This document shows positions 59,499-64,000 of a stretch of 64,000 nt of DNA, piece by piece. How positions within the stretch are numbered: position 1 is the first letter of the stretch; each line of letters opens with the position of its first letter. The position numbers and the translations under genes are program-made. The stretch is from assembly GCA_963708185.1 (NCBI GenBank), contig OY970195.1:448001-512000 (forward strand), in the 5' to 3' direction. Source of the stretch: Candidatus Peregrinibacteria bacterium. Lineage in GTDB: Bacteria > Patescibacteriota > Gracilibacteria > UBA1369. The notes under the pieces were generated by a model, which searched no databases, was not told the origin of the DNA, and saw nothing but the letters and a program-made list of their open reading frames with translations.

Positions 59499-59505
59499 TT
59501 CATGT

Positions 59506-60114
59506 ATGGAACATAAAATACATTTCAGCACGTTTTCCAACGCAGAGGATTCTGTTTATGAACGGTTGCGGGATTTCAGGGACCGTTTTTGGAAACCTGT
59601 GTGCGTTTTTCTGACACATCTCGGCGTGAAGCCGGACCATTTGAGTTACCTCAACCTGGTCATGGTTTTCGGTTTCGTTTATTTTTTGATCGACATTCCG
59701 CTTATTTCTTTTTTCGCTTTGTTGACGAGCGTTATCCTTGACAGTATCGACGGCAGTCTCGCCAGACATCAAAAAGTATCGAGCGATAAAGGTTCCTTGC
59801 TTGATATCGGCATGGATCATTTTGTGCTGATGGCGGTGATTCTGACGCTAATCTACACCAAGGCGATGGACGGCTTCTGGGGCGCGGCGTACGCCATAAA
59901 CTACCTCGTGATGATCATGCACGTGCTTTCGATGCGTGCTTTGAGGCTGCACGTTTTTCCCGTCGTACGGAGTAAATATTATCTGTACCTCGTATGGGCG
60001 CTTTTTCTTTTCACCGGCCTGAACTATCTTGACGTTTTCCTGGTGTTTTTCTCGATTTACATGTTTCTGACCAATCTTTTTTTGTTCCGCACTTTTCGAT
60101 GCTCCTTATCGTAG
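59506..60114 (+). CDS. CDP-alcohol phosphatidyltransferase
   Basis: DSIDGSLAR...GSLLD...D signature. Confidence 0.9.
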   Translation: MEHKIHFSTFSNAEDSVYERLRDFRDRFWKPVCVFLTHLGVKPDHLSYLNLVMVFGFVYFLIDIPLISFFALLTSVILDSIDGSLARHQKVSSDKGSLLDIGMDHFVLMAVILTLIYTKAMDGFWGAAYAINYLVMIMHVLSMRALRLHVFPVVRSKYYLYLVWALFLFTGLNYLDVFLVFFSIYMFLTNLFLFRTFRCSLS

Positions 60115-60653
60115 CACAGGCGCTGTTTTTTTTCCTTCCGGCTTACATGGCCAACATGTTTCCGGTGGTTTTCGGAAAAGTGAAGAAACTGGAACATTTC
60201 AAAAAACCGATCGATCACGGGAAGAAATTCGGCAAAAAATCTTTATTCGGGGAACATAAAACCTATTTTGGATTTTTGATAGGAGTCAGCGGTGCCTTGT
60301 TGACGGGCCTTCTTCAAAGCGCCATCTATTCTTATTTTCCGGATAGCCGCATGTTGTTTCTAGAACCTTACCCTCTGTCTTTTGCCCTTCAGCTGGGTTT
60401 TCTCCTTGGCTTTGGTTCTCTTTTGGGGGATCTCATCAAAAGTTTCTTCAAAAGAAGACTCGGAATTGCGAGTGGCGCACCTTTTTTTCCTTTTGATCAA
60501 CTGGATTTTGTTGCAGGAGGCCTGCTGCTTGCCGCGCCGCTTTTCCTTCCTTCCTGGGAGTATATCCTTACGCTTGTTTTGTTCACTCCCCTGCTTCATT
60601 TTTTGAGTAACGTCCTTGGCTATTCTCTCGGTCTTAAAAAAGTCTGGTGGTAA
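60099..60653 (+). CDS. carS: CDP-archaeol synthase-like (CarS/DUF46) CTP transferase
   Basis: PAYMANMFPV, PID.G, G.HKT, GDLIKSFFKRRLG, DQLDF. Confidence 0.82.
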   Translation: MLLIVAQALFFFLPAYMANMFPVVFGKVKKLEHFKKPIDHGKKFGKKSLFGEHKTYFGFLIGVSGALLTGLLQSAIYSYFPDSRMLFLEPYPLSFALQLGFLLGFGSLLGDLIKSFFKRRLGIASGAPFFPFDQLDFVAGGLLLAAPLFLPSWEYILTLVLFTPLLHFLSNVLGYSLGLKKVWW

Positions 60654-60662
60654 AGGGGTCTT

Positions 60663-61832
60663 CTACGCGCCAACAAGCTTTTTGACGTAGTTCTGAAGCG
60701 GGACATATGAACTTTTATACGGCAGCAGGATATACTGACCGACGCTGTTATAGGTTGAGTACAGATAGTTCTGATTACTGATGACGTTTCCGCTGTTTAT
60801 CTGGAACGTCCGGTACTGTGAATAATAGTTCAGGGCGTCGAGCAGACTGACGTCCGTTTTGATCCCGTCTTTCACACTGTTATACATTTCCGTGAGTTTG
60901 GTGATGTCGTCCTTGAGATCTAGTTCCTCTGCTTTTTGTTTCAGCGCCGTTATGATTTGCTGCTGGCGAGCGCTCCGGTCAAAATCCGTCGTGGACTTAC
61001 GGCTCCTGGCGTACTTGAGCGCGCGCTGTCCGTCCATGTGCTGGTATCCCTGTTTAAAACTTACCGTGGCGTACGTTGAGTTCGGTCCTGGATAGAGGGC
61101 GTCGGTTATGCCTTTGGGGACATTAATATCAACACCCCCAACCGCGTCGACGACGGCGACGAACGAGGACATGTCGACGATGAGATATTTATCCGGCATG
61201 ATTCCGGTAACGGCGTTGATGACGTTTTCAAGTTCGCCGATGCCGTATTTCTCGTAGTATTCGTTGATTTTCCGTCCATTATAGTAAAGGTCGCGCGGAA
61301 TGCTCAGAAGGGTCACTTTTTTAGCAACGGTATTGATGCTCGCGAGCATGATGGTGTCGGTCAGCCCCATATTCTCGCCCAAAACGAGGACATTGAGAAA
61401 TCCGGGAAGTTTTCCTGAGTTGGGAATATTTTGCGCGATGAGAGAGTTTTTTTGCTGCAGCGATTCGATGGTCTGATCTTTCTTGTCGATAAGATTGCGC
61501 AGATTGCTGTTGGCGACGGCGAGATCCTGCTGGATTTGTTTCTGTTTTGCGGTATCGATATCCACTTCGTTGAGCTTCTGGCTTAGATCACCGAGCTGGG
61601 AAGTGGTGTTCTGGATGTTGTCTTTTTCCGAAACGAAATACTGATACATTTTTTCATTTTGATCTTTCACCTGCCCGACCTCATCGATGAGCACGCTGAT
61701 TTTCAGATCCTTCTGCAAAAGTTCCTGCTGGTTTTTCTTGTAGACCACGGCAAAGCCGGTGACAAGCACCAACAGCGCGATGAGGACGGCCGAAATGGCC
61801 AGTTTGAATTGTTGTTCCGGTGTTTTTTTCAT
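60663..61832 (-). CDS. LCP family glycopolymer transferase with N-terminal coiled coil
   Basis: TDTIML, SIPRDL, ALKYARSR, DFDRSARQQ. Confidence 0.92.
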   Translation of the reverse strand: MKKTPEQQFKLAISAVLIALLVLVTGFAVVYKKNQQELLQKDLKISVLIDEVGQVKDQNEKMYQYFVSEKDNIQNTTSQLGDLSQKLNEVDIDTAKQKQIQQDLAVANSNLRNLIDKKDQTIESLQQKNSLIAQNIPNSGKLPGFLNVLVLGENMGLTDTIMLASINTVAKKVTLLSIPRDLYYNGRKINEYYEKYGIGELENVINAVTGIMPDKYLIVDMSSFVAVVDAVGGVDINVPKGITDALYPGPNSTYATVSFKQGYQHMDGQRALKYARSRKSTTDFDRSARQQQIITALKQKAEELDLKDDITKLTEMYNSVKDGIKTDVSLLDALNYYSQYRTFQINSGNVISNQNYLYSTYNSVGQYILLPYKSSYVPLQNYVKKLVGA

Positions 61833-61834
61833 AA

Positions 61835-64000
61835 CTAACTCAGATCAATACCGATGCGTGCTGCGATTTCCTGGTCAACAAACTCTTTCTTGCGACCGTA
61901 TTTCATGCGTGAGTACTGGGTGACGATCTCACCGATCTTCTTGTTGGCGCTGGAAAGATCGTAGATGGTTTCCATCGAAAATGGTCTCGAAGTAGTGTTG
62001 TTGATGTTCAGCTTGATGTAGGCCTTGTAGTTTGCTATTCCCAAGACGTCCTGTTCAGTTAACGAAGGGGCGTATTCTTTTGCCATGTATTCCGCGTCAT
62101 CGGCGCCGACCTTGAAAGACATCATGGTACCGACGTTACCGAAGACGGCGTCGCGGATCGAAGTGTCGTTCTTCTTTTCGAGCTGCTTGATGTACTGATG
62201 CGCCATGATCAAAGCGAGGTGGTATTTTCTGGCCTCGGAAAGAATCGAGCAGAATGAGTCCGTCGCGAAGTTCTGGAATTCATCAACGTAGAGGTAAAAA
62301 TCCGTACGTTTGTCTTCTGACACGTCGACACGGCTCATGGCCGCCATCTGGATGCGCGCGACCATGACGAGACCCAGAAGCTGGGTATTGAGATCACCGA
62401 TCTTACCTTTGGAAAGATTAATGAGCAGAATCTTTTTTGAATCCATGCAGTCACGGAAATTGAACGCGGACTTGGTCTGTCCGATCACGTTGCGCATGAT
62501 CGAGTTGGTAATGAAAGGACCGAATTTCGCGGAAAAATAAGGAATCATTTCCTGTCGTTCACGTTCACCTGTATGTGCATACTCATGCTCCCAAAACGAA
62601 CGGACGACGGGATTTTTCACCTTGCTCACTTTGTATTTCATGAACTCGTCATCCACGAAGATGCGCGGAACGTCGATGAGCGTCGCTCCTTCTTCTTCAT
62701 CCTCCATGAGAGTCAGACAACCGTTACGGAAATAATGCTGAATACGGGGACCGAAAATCTCGTCACCGAAAATCTTGATGAAGATTTCCGTTGCCTGGCT
62801 GGACGCCAGATCCTGCTGTTCTGGTGTTTTCGCTTCAAGAATATTCAACCCCATCGGTCGTTCCGTATCAGCAGGGTTGAACAAAATGACATCTTTGGCG
62901 CGTTCTTTCGGCACGAACTGGACAAGTTCTTCAACAAGATCTCCGTGCGGGTCGACGACGCAGAGACCGTCGCCGTTCTGAATGTCCTGACGAGCCATCC
63001 AACTGAGGAAAGCGGATTTACCCGAACCAGATTTTCCGATGCAGTACTGATGCCTCGTACGGTCGTTACGGAGGATATGGACTTCTCGTTTGAGACCACG
63101 ATAGACATTGAATCCAAGCAAAACGCCCGTCGAAGGAAGATCCACGGGAGCCGGAAGAACCTTGTACTGAAGCCATTTGATGTTCGGAGCAGGATTGTAG
63201 CGGCTGCTCGGGAAGTGGAAAAAAGACGCGAGTTCTTCCGGAACCATGACGGATTTCTTTTCCCCGAAAATCAGGAATCTCGTATCGAGCAGGCGATGAT
63301 TGAAGTTGAACTTCATGATCATGTTGTTGATGAAGTCCAGAAAGATGATGCGTCTGGTTTGAAACCAGTTCATGTAGTTGTCGCGAAAAAGGTTCAGGGC
63401 AAGAGCCACGTCGTTGGTCAAACTCTGTGCTTTTTGCCTGGATTTCGCTGACCCCATGATGCGGATGACTGTGTCGAATCCTACCTGTCCCGCTTTTTCA
63501 CCCATCTTTTTTGCAACTTCTTCCAATGGTTGAAGCATACGAACGTATCCGCTCATGCCCTGTTCTGGTGTTTTTGTTTTGACCACTTTTTCGTAACCGA
63601 AAAAGAGCCCGACAAAAATACTGTTGAGTGTTCTCAGCCCTGGAATGTCGAGCAGTCCGGGCTTGCCTTTTTTTCCCATAAATATCTGTGAGGCAACACC
63701 TTTGGCGGTTTTGTTCCATTTTTCACTTTTGATCGGCCTGAGTATGATCTGTATCACCGACACTTCCCCTTCTTCGAGTTTTGAAAAGATGTTCGTAAGA
63801 TCGTTGAGCGGATCGTTTTCAATGGTTTTGTATGTTTTGATGGGATACCAAAAAGGATTCTTCTCATAAGCGTAATAACATTTGAGCTTATTGCCCTTCG
63901 GTTGGATTTGATAAGGTTTATCGATCTGGATGTCGGCATTGGTGTAATAGGAAGTGATCTGTTTTTCCATGAGCTCCTGGAAGTATTTGGGAACGACGAC
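61835..64000 (-). CDS. CPR VirD4/VirB4-like (TraG/HerA superfamily) ATPase; 5' truncated by window
   Basis: Walker A GKSGSGKS, DPHGDL, Walker B LYVDEFQNF, SEARKY, AHQY; frame open to the window end. Confidence 0.88.
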   Translation of the reverse strand, partial: VVVPKYFQELMEKQITSYYTNADIQIDKPYQIQPKGNKLKCYYAYEKNPFWYPIKTYKTIENDPLNDLTNIFSKLEEGEVSVIQIILRPIKSEKWNKTAKGVASQIFMGKKGKPGLLDIPGLRTLNSIFVGLFFGYEKVVKTKTPEQGMSGYVRMLQPLEEVAKKMGEKAGQVGFDTVIRIMGSAKSRQKAQSLTNDVALALNLFRDNYMNWFQTRRIIFLDFINNMIMKFNFNHRLLDTRFLIFGEKKSVMVPEELASFFHFPSSRYNPAPNIKWLQYKVLPAPVDLPSTGVLLGFNVYRGLKREVHILRNDRTRHQYCIGKSGSGKSAFLSWMARQDIQNGDGLCVVDPHGDLVEELVQFVPKERAKDVILFNPADTERPMGLNILEAKTPEQQDLASSQATEIFIKIFGDEIFGPRIQHYFRNGCLTLMEDEEEGATLIDVPRIFVDDEFMKYKVSKVKNPVVRSFWEHEYAHTGERERQEMIPYFSAKFGPFITNSIMRNVIGQTKSAFNFRDCMDSKKILLINLSKGKIGDLNTQLLGLVMVARIQMAAMSRVDVSEDKRTDFYLYVDEFQNFATDSFCSILSEARKYHLALIMAHQYIKQLEKKNDTSIRDAVFGNVGTMMSFKVGADDAEYMAKEYAPSLTEQDVLGIANYKAYIKLNINNTTSRPFSMETIYDLSSANKKIGEIVTQYSRMKYGRKKEFVDQEIAARIGIDLS

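Noticed and set aside
59334-59505. Integrated element at the tRNA genes
   Set aside because: No integrase or duplicated tRNA 3' end seen

Overview
This is a 64 kb chromosomal segment of a Patescibacteria (CPR) bacterium, most like Peregrinibacteria. That assignment is an inference from CPR-type pilin and VirD4/VirB4-like genes, a short EF-Ts, mostly SD-less starts, and TGA used as stop (so not code 25). Most of the window is housekeeping: elp3 end, umuDC, tandem-domain ddl, recG, tyrS, pdxST, rluA, rplU, pth, obg, csp, uvrC, der, yggS, rpsB, tsf, ribBA, ribD, queA, cysS, murC and 3 tRNAs. Five things stand out. (1) Two tandem self-contained cassettes (7194-9275) each carry a GC-rich, myxobacterial-style Gly-rich lipoprotein gene. 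Each has its own promoter, a long 5' hairpin, a strong SD, a structured terminator, and a 5'UTR/3'UTR leader-trailer helix with a compensatory base change between copies. (2) A 7TM membrane protein is coupled to a three-domain fusion of ATP-grasp ligase, retropepsin-like domain and DUF1704 (MATCAP-like) carboxypeptidase, a candidate one-polypeptide writer/eraser of C-terminal amino-acid tags. (3) A double palindromic operator TGCTCA-N4-TGAGYA overlaps the umuDC promoter. (4) A dispersed partner-switching network (3 STAS, RsbW, PP2C, PrsW) is linked to NTT-like/HEAT transporters. (5) There is a plant-type tandem Ddl, a CarS-like lipid gene pair, and a UvrC with a GNAT-like insert. Four apparent frameshifts in the first 14 kb are most likely assembly errors. 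All family assignments come from motif recognition; no database searches were run.
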